This document shows positions 26,705-36,727 of a DNA stretch of 53,651 nt, in pieces. Below the pieces are notes generated by a model. That model made no database searches and was not told the origin of the DNA. It was given only the letters and a program-made list of their open reading frames with translations. The DNA is from Pseudomonadota bacterium (GTDB taxonomy: Bacteria; Pseudomonadota; Gammaproteobacteria; Xanthomonadales; SZUA-38): positions 1 to 53,651 of the forward strand of contig JBCCZC010000002.1 in the NCBI GenBank assembly GCA_039188505.1, given 5' to 3'. A program made the position numbers and the translations under genes. Position 1 is the first letter of the stretch; each line of letters opens with the position of its first letter.

Positions 26705-28036
26705 ATGATCCCCGGAACCAATTTCGTGCGGCAATCGACCCTTAGCGTGCTGTCGAACCGATCCTGGGTTCCGAAGGACCTTGCTTCGGTGACGACCTAC
26801 GATCCGGCGGAGGAAGTCGATCCGGAGTCGGTCGGCCTGACGCGCAAGGGCGTCGATGCCATCTGGAAGACCGTCGAGAACATGTACGCGACGGGCATGC
26901 ACCCGGGCATTTCATTCGTCCTCCGGCGCCACGGTCAGGTGGTGCTCAAGCGCGCAATCGGCCACGCCAGCGGCAACGGGCCGGGCGAGGTTCGGAACGA
27001 GCGTAAGGTTCTCATGAGACCAGACACGCCGATCGTCCTGTTCTCGGCGTGCAAGGCTATCGCGGCGATGGTCGTGCACCTGCTGTCCGAGAAGAAACTG
27101 ATCAGCCTGCTGGATCCCGTCAGCCACTACATCCCGGAATTCGGGCAGAACGGCAAACGCGACATCACGATCTACCAGCTGCTTACCCACAAGGGCGGTA
27201 TTCCCACCGTGGATCCCGGCGAGCACGACCCGGGCGACCTGCTAGTGGACCAGGACGCTGTCAGGCACCTCATTTATGCCACCGCCCCCGACAAGCCGGG
27301 CCACCACCAGGTCTACCACGCGCTGACCGCCGGCTTCGTCTTCGCGGACCTCGTCGAACGCGTCACGGGCCGGCCGTTCCGCAGCGTTTTCCGCGACTGG
27401 ATCACTCGCCCGCTCGGGCTCACCCGCATGGACTTCGGCGCCCCGAAAAAGCTCCGGGCCCAGGTCGCCCGCAACTACGTCACGGGCTTCCGCGTTGGCG
27501 GCCCGGCGAACCTCTACCTCCAGCATGTTTTCGGCGCCAACCTCGAGGACGCCACCGGGATCTCGAACGAGGATCGCTTCTTCGAGGCCGTCATTCCTGC
27601 AGGCAACGGCATCGGCACCGCGGACGAATGCGCTCGCTTCTTCCAGTGCCTGCTCAACGGCGGGGAGCTCGACGGCACCCGGGTCTTCGAGCCGCTCACG
27701 GTCCGGCGCGCGGTGGTCGAAGTCGGCAAGCCGGAGATCGATCGCGGCCTGCTCATGCCGATCCGTTTTTCTGCCGGGATGATGCTGGGCGGCAAGCGCT
27801 TCAGCCTGTTCGGCTCTGACACCGAGCAGGCCTTCGGGCACCTGGGCTTCACGAGCAATACGATTTGGGCCGACCCCGAGCGGGATATCTCCGTCGCGTT
27901 TCTGAACACCGGCAAGCTCGGCATCGGCCTCCACGTGCCGCACCACGTCTGCATGCTCCGGAACATCTCCCGCTACTGCCCGAAGCTCAGCGAAGAAGAA
28001 CAGGGCCAGCGGCTTCTCGCCACCGGAATGTGCTGA
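26705..28036 (+). CDS. serine hydrolase, beta-lactamase/family VIII esterase fold
   Basis: FSACK (SxxK), ITIYQLLTHKGG, YHALT, AFGHLG, WADPERD. Confidence 0.9.
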   Translation: MIPGTNFVRQSTLSVLSNRSWVPKDLASVTTYDPAEEVDPESVGLTRKGVDAIWKTVENMYATGMHPGISFVLRRHGQVVLKRAIGHASGNGPGEVRNERKVLMRPDTPIVLFSACKAIAAMVVHLLSEKKLISLLDPVSHYIPEFGQNGKRDITIYQLLTHKGGIPTVDPGEHDPGDLLVDQDAVRHLIYATAPDKPGHHQVYHALTAGFVFADLVERVTGRPFRSVFRDWITRPLGLTRMDFGAPKKLRAQVARNYVTGFRVGGPANLYLQHVFGANLEDATGISNEDRFFEAVIPAGNGIGTADECARFFQCLLNGGELDGTRVFEPLTVRRAVVEVGKPEIDRGLLMPIRFSAGMMLGGKRFSLFGSDTEQAFGHLGFTSNTIWADPERDISVAFLNTGKLGIGLHVPHHVCMLRNISRYCPKLSEEEQGQRLLATGMC

Positions 28037-28050
28037 GCGGCTGCGGGCCG

Positions 28051-28656
28051 TCAGGCGCCGCCGCTCGACGCCACCAACCGACGGATCTGGTTGCGCAGCT
28101 CCACCGGAAAATCATCCCGGATGCGCTCGAACGCCTGCTCGTCGTACATGCGCGTCAACGTCGGCGAAGAGATCGCAAAGTACTGAATGCAGCCGATCAC
28201 CTGGTAGACGATGCAGAAGACCGCCGAAAAGGCCCGATCCTCGAGCCCCGGAATGCCGCGGGCGACGGCGACCAGCTCCTCAAGAAACGGCCGGAGATAC
28301 CAGTCCTTCGCGGTCTCGGCGCGGGACTGGTTGTCAAGCAGCTCGCGAACCAGGATCTGCGTATCGAGCGGATTCTCCCGGGACGAGACATAGAGACCCA
28401 GCAGGATGTCCTCGAGCTGCCGCTCGGGGACATCCGCCCTGCTCACGGCTGCCCGCATGAAACGCAGCAGCCGTTCCGAGATTTCCTGCAGGACCTCGGC
28501 GTAGAGATCCTCCTTGCGCTTGAAGTGGTACAGCAGCGCCTGCTTGCTGAGCCCTAGTTCTCCAGCCACGCCCGAGATGCTCGCCCCGTAGAACCCCTTT
28601 GCCGCGAACTGGCGCTTGGCCGCCGCCAGCAGCTGCCCGCGTGTGTCTGGTTGCAT
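28051..28656 (-). CDS. TetR/AcrR family transcriptional regulator
   Basis: N-terminal HTH: LLAAAKRQFAAKGFYGASISGVAGELGLSKQALLYHFKRKEDLY. Confidence 0.92.
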   Translation of the reverse strand: MQPDTRGQLLAAAKRQFAAKGFYGASISGVAGELGLSKQALLYHFKRKEDLYAEVLQEISERLLRFMRAAVSRADVPERQLEDILLGLYVSSRENPLDTQILVRELLDNQSRAETAKDWYLRPFLEELVAVARGIPGLEDRAFSAVFCIVYQVIGCIQYFAISSPTLTRMYDEQAFERIRDDFPVELRNQIRRLVASSGGA

Positions 28657-28662
28657 TCGGTG

Positions 28663-28809
28663 ACTTACCTTTCGTTAATCTGGGGTATTTTTAGGTTTCA
28701 TGAATACCTGTAAAGCATTGATATAAATATTTTCAAGCGCGGCGTCAAATTCACCTTGACACTTACCGTTCGGTAAGTAGGATGATTTCTCGGAAACTGA
28801 TCGGTAAGG
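28663..28809. promoter_or_regulatory. TetR operator sites and sigma70 promoter of the crotonase gene
   Basis: Perfect inverted repeat ACTTACCG-TT-CGGTAAGT at 28761-28778, spanning the spacer of TTGACA (28756-28761) and TAGGAT (28778-28783). Degenerate copy at 28663-28680 (14/18 match); half-site TCGGTAAG at 28801-28808. AT-rich intergenic region. Confidence 0.75.
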
Positions 28810-28818
28810 AAGAACTTC

Positions 28819-29706
28819 ATGGAAAAGCAGACGCTCTACGCAAAATCCGGCCACATCGCCACGATCACGCTGAATCGGCCTGAGAAATACAACACGCTAC
28901 GGCCGTCACTGCTCCAGGATCTCGATGCGGCGCTGACGGAGGCCAATACGGACAATGAGGTGAAGGTGATCATCCTCGAAGGCGCCGGTGACGCATTCTG
29001 CGCGGGCTTCGACTTCTCGGGCGGCCTCGAACACTTCGGCGATGCCATCACCGAGTCGAGCTACGACCCCGGAATGGACATGAACCTGGTGATCAATCCC
29101 TACCAGTCCTACCTGACCCAGTTCATGGGGCTCTGGCGCGGACTCAAGCCGGTGATCGCCAAGGTCCATGGCTACTGCATGGGCGGCGGTTCGGAGATGG
29201 CACTCTGCGCCGACCTGGTCGTTGCTTCCGATGACGCCCGGATCGGTACGCCCTACTCCCGCGTCTGGGGCTGCCACCTGTCGGGTATGTGGGTCTATCG
29301 ACTGGGCCTGGCCAAGGCGAAGTATTACGCGCTCACCGGCGAATGGGTCAGCGGCAAGGAGGCGGCTCGCATCGAATTGATCAACGAGTCCGTTCCCCTC
29401 GAAGATCTCGACCGGACCGTCCAGTCACTCGCCGAGAAACTCGCCAACATTCCCCTGACCCAGCTCATGGCGATGAAGCTCATCGTCAACCAGGCCTACG
29501 ACAACATGGGGCTGCAAAGCACGCAAACCCTGGGCCCAATCCTTGACGGCATGATGCGCAACACTCCCGAAGGACGCGAATTCGTCCGCATGGCCGGGGC
29601 CGAGGGCGTCAAGGCCGCCGTTACCCAGCGGGATGGGCCGTTCAACGACTATAGCCAGGGCCCGAGGCACGAGCAGCCGCGTCTCAAGAGCAAGCTGGGC
29701 CTGTAG
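28819..29706 (+). CDS. enoyl-CoA hydratase/isomerase (crotonase) family protein
   Basis: ITLNRPEKYN, AFCAGFD, KPVIAKVHGYCMGGGSEMALCAD. Confidence 0.92.
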   Translation: MEKQTLYAKSGHIATITLNRPEKYNTLRPSLLQDLDAALTEANTDNEVKVIILEGAGDAFCAGFDFSGGLEHFGDAITESSYDPGMDMNLVINPYQSYLTQFMGLWRGLKPVIAKVHGYCMGGGSEMALCADLVVASDDARIGTPYSRVWGCHLSGMWVYRLGLAKAKYYALTGEWVSGKEAARIELINESVPLEDLDRTVQSLAEKLANIPLTQLMAMKLIVNQAYDNMGLQSTQTLGPILDGMMRNTPEGREFVRMAGAEGVKAAVTQRDGPFNDYSQGPRHEQPRLKSKLGL

Positions 29707-29726
29707 CGGCAAGGCAGCCGCTGTTT
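29705..29726 (+). terminator. possible weak intrinsic terminator
   Basis: AGCGGC-AAGGCA-GCCGCT hairpin followed by GTTT right after the crotonase stop; U-tract is short. Confidence 0.3.
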
Positions 29727-29815
29727 AGGCCTTGTGCGCTAGGGCCCGCTCCGTGCATTAGATTGAAGGAAGAGCGTGGCGATCCCGCTGCGCGACTGCT
29801 TGGGAGAAAGATGGC

Positions 29816-31630
29816 ATGGGTCGATTAACTCTGGTTCTGCTGGCTGCGCTGTGCGTTGGCGCCGTTCCCACTGCCGAGGCATCGAAGCTCGGCTCCGACC
29901 TCTATAACGCGGCTCAGAAAGGCGATACGCAGCGCGTCGAACGGCTGCTGAAGCGCCGCGCTCCCGTGGACCACACCACCAGCGAGAAGCGGCGGACGCC
30001 CGTCCATACCGCCGCCTACAACGGCCACGCGGAAATCATCGTGCTGCTCCTCGAGGCCGGGGCGGATGCGAACGCCAGCTCGAAGGACGGGTGGCGGCCG
30101 CTGCACCTGGCGGCGCAGAACGGCCATGGCGAAGCGGTCGCCGCACTGCTCGATGGCGGGGCGGATCCGGACGTCGAAACCTCGAAGGACTCGACGCCGC
30201 TGGACCTCGCCCTCGGCAAGTCTCACGTCGAGGCCGCAAAGCTGCTCGCTGATGCCGGTGAGGCGCTGAACGCCTGGCGTGGTGACTGGACCCGGCTCGC
30301 ATCGGCCGCCTCGCGAGGCGAAGGCGAACGCGTGGCGCTGCTGCTGCAGATCGGCGCAGACACGGAGGCGCCCATTCGAGACGGGCGCAGGCCTCTGTTC
30401 GTGGCGATCCAGCAGGGCCACCTCGATGTCGCCCGGTCCCTGATCAAGGCGGGTGCGAACGTCAACGCGGCAACGACCGGGCGCGCCGGCAGCACGCCGC
30501 TGATTGCTGCCGCCCGGAAAGGCGATATCGAGGCAGCCACGCTGCTGCTCGAGAGCGGCGCCGATGCAGCGCAGACCAACAGCGCCGGCCAGACGGCGCT
30601 CAACGTCGCTGCCCGCCTCAATGAGGCTGCTTTCGCCGACTGGCTCGAAGCTCGCGGGGAGGCCGGCGAGCGGCACCACGGGGGCTGGACGCCGCTCCAC
30701 GACGCCGCCCGCGAGGGCGATACGGGACAGATCGAAGCACTGCTGACCCAGGGCTTCGATGTCGACGTGACCGCCGAGGGCCGGATGACGCCCCTGCACG
30801 TCGCGGCCGACCACGATCGAACCGGTGCCCTGCGGTTGCTGCTGGAGCGTGGCGCTACCCTCGAGGCGCGCAACGTGAACGAGCGCACGCCGCTGTACCG
30901 AGCAGCGATCGCCGGGTCGCTGGGCGCCGCGAGCCTGCTGCTTGCGTCCGGCGCAGACGTCAACGCGAGGGACAGCGGGCAGTTCACGCCGCTCCACGGC
31001 GCCATCCTGAAACGCCAGACCCCGATGGTTGCGCTCTTGCTCGAGGCGGGCGCCGACGTGACGGCCAAGAGCCATGTGGGCGATACGCCGGCCAACGTCG
31101 CCGCCACCGTCGGGGATCCCGAAGTCATCGCCATGCTCCTCGATGGGGACAGCGACGTCGACGCCGCCGACGGCAAGGGCGAAACGGCGCTGTACACGGC
31201 CGTACAGCAGAACGACATCGCGCTCGCCAGGCAGCTACTTGCCGCCGGCGCCGACCCGACCATCAGCAACCAGTGGGACTGGACGCTCTGGCATGTGGCC
31301 ACGACTGCAGAGATGGGCCGCCTGCTCGTCCCGCTGAAACTCGACGTCAACGCCAGGGATATGAGCAACTCCACGCCGCTGGCCAATGCGACCTTCAACA
31401 AGCAGGTCGATCTGGCGGTCCTGCTCATCGAGAACGGCGCTGACATCAACGCCGTCGACCACTACGGCACGCCGCTGCACGTCGCCATCAAGCACGGCTT
31501 AACGGATCTTGTCGCAGCGCTGATCGACGCGGGAACGGACCTGAGCCTCGTGGACAACGAAGGTGCGACGGCACTCGACATCGCCCGCAGCAACGGGTCT
31601 GACGAGATTCTGGCAATGCTCGAGCCTTGA
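29816..31630 (+). CDS. secreted ankyrin-repeat protein
   Basis: Signal peptide; more than a dozen TPLH.AA..G...LL..GAD.N repeats. Confidence 0.92.
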   Translation: MGRLTLVLLAALCVGAVPTAEASKLGSDLYNAAQKGDTQRVERLLKRRAPVDHTTSEKRRTPVHTAAYNGHAEIIVLLLEAGADANASSKDGWRPLHLAAQNGHGEAVAALLDGGADPDVETSKDSTPLDLALGKSHVEAAKLLADAGEALNAWRGDWTRLASAASRGEGERVALLLQIGADTEAPIRDGRRPLFVAIQQGHLDVARSLIKAGANVNAATTGRAGSTPLIAAARKGDIEAATLLLESGADAAQTNSAGQTALNVAARLNEAAFADWLEARGEAGERHHGGWTPLHDAAREGDTGQIEALLTQGFDVDVTAEGRMTPLHVAADHDRTGALRLLLERGATLEARNVNERTPLYRAAIAGSLGAASLLLASGADVNARDSGQFTPLHGAILKRQTPMVALLLEAGADVTAKSHVGDTPANVAATVGDPEVIAMLLDGDSDVDAADGKGETALYTAVQQNDIALARQLLAAGADPTISNQWDWTLWHVATTAEMGRLLVPLKLDVNARDMSNSTPLANATFNKQVDLAVLLIENGADINAVDHYGTPLHVAIKHGLTDLVAALIDAGTDLSLVDNEGATALDIARSNGSDEILAMLEP

Positions 31631-31643
31631 ACCGCCGGCGCAC

Positions 31644-33437
31644 CTAGTCGACGATCATCGCCGGAATGATCCGGCCGCCGACGATCTCATCACGCCAGCG
31701 CCCCCAGATGCCGCCCATGCGGTAGTTGCCGCCAGTGAAAACGACGGCCAGTTCAAGCTCGGGAACCACGAGCACGATCTGGCCGCCGTTGCCGGTGGCC
31801 TCGTAGGAGTTGAAACGGCGCTCGCCGACGACGATGTCATTCACCCGCCAGACGTAGGCCTGCGTGCTCTCGAAGTAGTTGTCCGCAAAGTCATCGGCCG
31901 ACATGCCGGTCGTCGCCGGCGTGATCGGCACGCGGGGCTCGGTCGACGCGTCGACCCAAGCCTCGGGCAGGATCCGCTGCTCCCGCCAGATTCCGCCCGA
32001 GGCGTGGAGCGCACCCAGCTTGAGTATGTCGCGCGGGCGCAGGTAGGCCCCACCACCGAGGTAGCCCGCGCCATTGGGCGCGAGATTGAAGTGGTAGGTG
32101 CCGAATTCGAGCGGTCGGGCGAGCAGCCGGTCGAAGAGATCGAGGACCGACTCGTCAGCCGCCGATCGCAGCGCCGCGCCCACGAGATTCGCGCTGCCTG
32201 AACAGTAGGCGTAGCGCGTCCCGGGTTCGTGCAGTACGGGCAGTCGCGCCGTGTACAGCCAATAGTCCGGTTCCGCTTGCTGCTCCCACATGCGCCACTC
32301 GGAACCGATGGAATCGCCGACCACGTTGCAGTCGAGGCCGCTCGTATACGTCATCAGGTGCGCGAGCGTGATATCCGACTTCCGCGGATCGTCGACGGGC
32401 TCGCCGGCCTCGGTCAGTACCTCGGCAACCAGCCGGCTGTCGACATCGATGTGGATGCCCTGCTGGCGCAACGCGCCGACCAGAATCGGACCGAACACCT
32501 TGCCCAGGGACCGGACGTCGTGGGCCGTCTCACGGTCGTGCCCGTGGAAGTACTCCTCGATCACGAGCCGCCCGCGATGGGATACGAGCAGGGCATGGAT
32601 CAGCTGCGGTCGCCGCTCCCGCGGCGTGGCTGCCGCGAGCTCGGCCACCAGGGCGTCCAATGCCGCTCGGTCGAAGCCGGCCTCCTCCGGCGTTGCCACC
32701 TCCCAGCCGTCCCCGAGCCGAGGCGGCGACGTGAGCGTTGCTGGCAGGTCGTCGAGCTGCCGGCCGAAGTAGCCGGTCGCGAGGGCGCCGAGCGCTGGCT
32801 TCATCGAAAGCCGATCGAGGCGGCTGAATTCCAGGCTGAGCTCCTGATCGCTGACGCGCTCCAGGCGACGCCTGACCTGCCGCTCGCCGCTACCGGCGGT
32901 GAGCAGCCACGCGTCTGTCCCGGCGGACTCGACCGCGAAAACGGTCGCACCCTGAATCTCGTTGCGCTCCGGGTTGCGGATGACGGCGCGAACCTCGGCA
33001 TTCTCGTCCTCGAATACCTCGAGATAGACCGTGAACGGCCTCGGCTGCGCATCGATCCCCCCAGCCCAGCGTCCGGGCGCCACGGCCGGCAGGACCGTGG
33101 GCGTCGCCATGTCGAGGTAAGCCACCGGTGATGCGGGCTGGAACCAGTCGCCGCGCAGCGCCGAGCCGTCGGCGACGACTTCGCCGCTGAAGTATTGCCC
33201 CGCCGTTCCGTTGATCCTGACCGTGGCGCCCACAACGGTGACGCCTGCGGAGGCCCCATCGATGGTCGCGCGCCAGGCGCCGTCCACCTCCCCGACGTCG
33301 ATCGACACCGTGCTGGAGGCTGCTCCAAGGCTGAAGACCCAGAGGCCGAGTGGCGCGCTGCTGGATTCCCGCTCGTCCTGCTCGACCGCGCAGGCCGTCA
33401 GCAGCGCTCCCAGAGTGACCCAAACGATTGATCTCAT
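31644..33437 (-). CDS. lipoprotein serine hydrolase (class C beta-lactamase-like) with N-terminal extra domains
   Basis: LTA-C lipobox; DVRSLGK (SxxK), ITLAHLMTYTSG, YAYCS, ATGNGGQ. Confidence 0.85.
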   Translation of the reverse strand: MRSIVWVTLGALLTACAVEQDERESSSAPLGLWVFSLGAASSTVSIDVGEVDGAWRATIDGASAGVTVVGATVRINGTAGQYFSGEVVADGSALRGDWFQPASPVAYLDMATPTVLPAVAPGRWAGGIDAQPRPFTVYLEVFEDENAEVRAVIRNPERNEIQGATVFAVESAGTDAWLLTAGSGERQVRRRLERVSDQELSLEFSRLDRLSMKPALGALATGYFGRQLDDLPATLTSPPRLGDGWEVATPEEAGFDRAALDALVAELAAATPRERRPQLIHALLVSHRGRLVIEEYFHGHDRETAHDVRSLGKVFGPILVGALRQQGIHIDVDSRLVAEVLTEAGEPVDDPRKSDITLAHLMTYTSGLDCNVVGDSIGSEWRMWEQQAEPDYWLYTARLPVLHEPGTRYAYCSGSANLVGAALRSAADESVLDLFDRLLARPLEFGTYHFNLAPNGAGYLGGGAYLRPRDILKLGALHASGGIWREQRILPEAWVDASTEPRVPITPATTGMSADDFADNYFESTQAYVWRVNDIVVGERRFNSYEATGNGGQIVLVVPELELAVVFTGGNYRMGGIWGRWRDEIVGGRIIPAMIVD

Positions 33438-33669
33438 GATTCTTCCCCGCGTTCCTGCCTGATCCACGCCCAGGGAGTGCGATCGGTGCCGCGTGGTACC
33501 GACACTGCTGCGGGCATCGCCTTCGACGCGGGAGTCGACGGTTTCGTTGCAATCGCCGGCAGAATAGTCTCGGCAAACAGCACGCCCGGGTTGAAATTCA
33601 TCCGCCAGCGTATCGACAACGCATCGCCCGCCGGGAGCCAGTGGCCGTGTCGCGCCGCTTCCGGTCCGC

Positions 33670-34533
33670 TCACGCCGGCTTGCGAGTCCGCCAGTACGGT
33701 GCGATCAGCAGATAGAGGCCGAGGGCACCGGGTATGGCAACGAAGCCGAGGCCCAGGTGTTTCTGGGATGTTCGACGCTCGGTGGCGAGCGCGAGAACGT
33801 CGGCAAAGTCCAGGCGCTCGGACTCGATCAGGCGAACGTAGTAGCCGTCGGCGTTGGCGACCTGCGTCAGCTCGCCGTCCTGCTGGAGCGCTACCAGGCT
33901 GAGGTGCGTGGCGGGAATGGCCGTCAGGCCGAAGCGCAGTTCGCCGTCTTCCACGTCCTCGGGGGCGTAGAAATACCCGTCCTCCGCGCAGCCCATGGGT
34001 CGCTCCTCGAAAACCGGTGCACGAAGACGAGAATCGCTGCACGGAATCGGATCGCCAAAGCCAAGGTCATCGAGTAGATCCGACGAAATGACGTACCCCC
34101 CGACCTGCACGATCTCGGGCCGATGGAGGTCCCCCTCGAGCCCTGGCCGGATGGTCGTCTGCCATTCGTAGGATGTTCTCGTCTTGTTGTCCGCCGTCGT
34201 TTCCCGGACCGCGACCTCATGCTCGAGGCTCGTCTTCAGGACCAACGCCTCCAGCTCGAGCCCGGTCACTTCGTCGCGCAGCCACTCGGATGCCGTGACC
34301 CGACCGCTCAGAAAGACGTAGCGGCCGTCGTTGGCGTCCTCGATTCCGAGCTCGGGCGACACAACGACGTGCGAGGCCTCGATCGCAGCGAGGGTGGCGT
34401 CCACGCTTTGATTTTTGCCGACGACCCACCAGCCACCGTAGGCGGCCAGACCGAGGAGCAGCGCGCCCAGAACCATGGAACCGATGGCCTGGCCGCGGGT
34501 CATCTCCGGGGTGCTCGATCTTGCTCTCGCCAT
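33670..34533 (-). CDS. TMEM43/LUMA-like membrane protein
   Basis: N-terminal TM; NDGRYVFLSG...LRD..G....AL.L...SYEW, VQVGGYVIS..LLD.L, GELRF...LSLVALQ..G.L; C-terminal TM. Confidence 0.6.
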   Translation of the reverse strand: MARARSSTPEMTRGQAIGSMVLGALLLGLAAYGGWWVVGKNQSVDATLAAIEASHVVVSPELGIEDANDGRYVFLSGRVTASEWLRDEVTGLELEALVLKTSLEHEVAVRETTADNKTRTSYEWQTTIRPGLEGDLHRPEIVQVGGYVISSDLLDDLGFGDPIPCSDSRLRAPVFEERPMGCAEDGYFYAPEDVEDGELRFGLTAIPATHLSLVALQQDGELTQVANADGYYVRLIESERLDFADVLALATERRTSQKHLGLGFVAIPGALGLYLLIAPYWRTRKPA

Positions 34534-34634
34534 GAGTCCGAATCCCTCCTGAGATGTCGTCCGCTTTCCCTGCGTCTCCCACACGATACTAGGGAGCAGG
34601 CTCTGCGTGCACGTGCGTTGCCCGGAGACTCCCT

Positions 34635-36590
34635 TCAGCCCGACATGTCCCGCGCGACCAGCGGCAGGCGCAAGTCGAAGCGACCCCCATGCTGCGCTTC
34701 ATCTCCAAGCTCGATCGTCCCCCCCATCTGGGTGACAGTGTTGAACACGATATTCATGCCGAGGCCGGTGCCACCGCGGCCCCGCCGGGTGGTGAAGAAG
34801 GGCTCGAAGATGTGCTGCCGCTCCTTCGGGTCGAGTCCCGTGCCGGTATCCTCGTAGCGCAGCAGGACACCGGTATCCTCCGGCAGGACGGTGATGGCAA
34901 TGGTGCCCTTTTCGTCTTCCGCGAACGCGTGCGTCAAGGAATTCATCACTATGTTCGAGACGATCTGGTACAGCGCCGAGGGGTAGCCGTCGAGCACCAC
35001 GTCGTCCGGGCAGCCCACGGTCACCCGGTGACCGGTGGGCTTCAGGCTCGGACCGAGCGACCGGATGATCTCTTCGATGTATTGGGCCATGTTGAATTGA
35101 CGCCGGTCATCGGTGCACTGGTCGGCAGATACCTGCTGGAAGCTGCCAACCAGCGCCTTCGCACGCTCCAGATTCGCCAGCACGAGATCGTTCGCCTGCC
35201 CCGCCTTGGCCGCGATTCGCTGCAGTTCCTCGTTGTCCTGCAGACGCTCTGACAGCACGGTGGCTTGCCGAGCGGCGTGGGACGCCGCGGTGACCGCGAC
35301 GCCAAGCGGGTTGTTGATCTCGTGCGCGATGCCCGCCACGAGGTTACCGAGCGACGCCATCTTCTCGGCCTCCGCGAGCTGCCGCTGGGTCGTGACGAGG
35401 TTGCCCATCGTCGCGCGGAGGTCGGCATTGGCCTGCTTCAATTCCGCCGTTCGTTCCTGGACCCGGTCCTCGAGCCGGCCGCGCGCTTCCTGGAGCGCCA
35501 GCTTGTCCGTCTGCCGCTGAATGGTCGTGGAGACCTGGCCCGCCACGAAGGTCAGGAGTTCCTTGTCCTGGTCGGTGTAGCTGTGTTCCGAATCGTAGCT
35601 CTGGACCGCGACGATGCCGACCGTCGCGTCATCCGCCTTGAGCGGTGCCCCGAGCCACGCCACCGGCTGCGCGCCGGTCGTTCCCGGTGGCATGTCACCA
35701 TCGCTGTCGAGGTAGAGCAGCGGCTCGCCGGATTAGATCACCGTCATCGACAGACCCGGCGCGTCTCGTCCTGGCATCGCATGGTCGTCCCACTCGGGCT
35801 GGGCAACGTCGAACTTGTAGGGGTAGCGGAGCAGGCCCTGCTCGTCGTCCACGAACGCGAAATAGATGTTCCGCGCGTAGACGATGTCGGAGATGATTTC
35901 ATGGAGTGCCGCGTAGAACGTGTCCATGTCCATCGGCTCCCCGGCCAGACGGGCGATGCGCTAAAGCGCCGCCTGGACCCGTTCGCCGTGACGGCGAACC
36001 TCCAGCCGTTTCTGCGCTGCCTGTCGAATCTCCCGATGCTGCAGCCGACGGCCATTGGCCAGGTAGGCGACGAAGGCCGAAACCGGCAGGAAGACCAGCG
36101 CAGCCAGAAGCTCACGACCGAGATCGCCAGCCTGGCCAAGATGATGGATGCCGACATAGGAGACGAGCACGTAATCGACCGCCACGACGGTTGTCGCCGC
36201 CAGCGACACCACGAAGTCCGTCTGCACGAACACGAAGAAGAGCGCAAGTACGGAGGCGAAGAGGAGGAGGATTCTGAGATCGTCCATCACGAGGAACCAG
36301 GCGGTGACAATGCCCAGCCAGGCCCCGATCTGGATGAAGAGCTGGATGCTGACGTCGCGCTGCGTGATTTCCTGCTTGACCTTCAGGAAGCCGATGAAGA
36401 ACGTGGAATTGGCGAGGATGACGACGTGGATCGCCAGCATGTCGCCGTAGCCGAAGCGGGCGAGGCCGAGGAACAAGGCCAGGTAGGCCGCCAGCAGGGG
36501 GATGTGATAGGCAAGCGCGGCGCGCAGCGTGTACTGCAGCACCGACGCTCGGCGGCGCTCGCTATCCTCCGGGTTCCTACTCGTCGCCAT
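34635..36590 (-). pseudogene. membrane-bound GAF sensor histidine kinase interrupted by two in-frame stops
   Basis: One reading frame throughout: multi-TM region, QAAL*RIA (TAG 35961-35963), GAF, TVI*SGEPLL (TAA 35733-35735), H-box LVAGIAHEINNPLG, N-box, FEPFFTT, GTGLGM. Confidence 0.85.
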
Positions 36591-36727
36591 CGTGGGCTGG
36601 CATGGCAGAACCTGATGCGGTTGCTTGCCACCGAGCCTAGACCATCTATCCGGCGGGAGCCAGCGGTCCTCGTGTACCCTTCCGCTGGGCTCATGCCGAC
36701 AGGGAGCGTCATGAAGGGGAGCATAGA

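Noticed and set aside
33438-33669. Possible small minus-strand ORF (MNFNPGVLFAETILPAIATK...)
   Set aside because: No RBS or family motif; runs into the next gene's start region.
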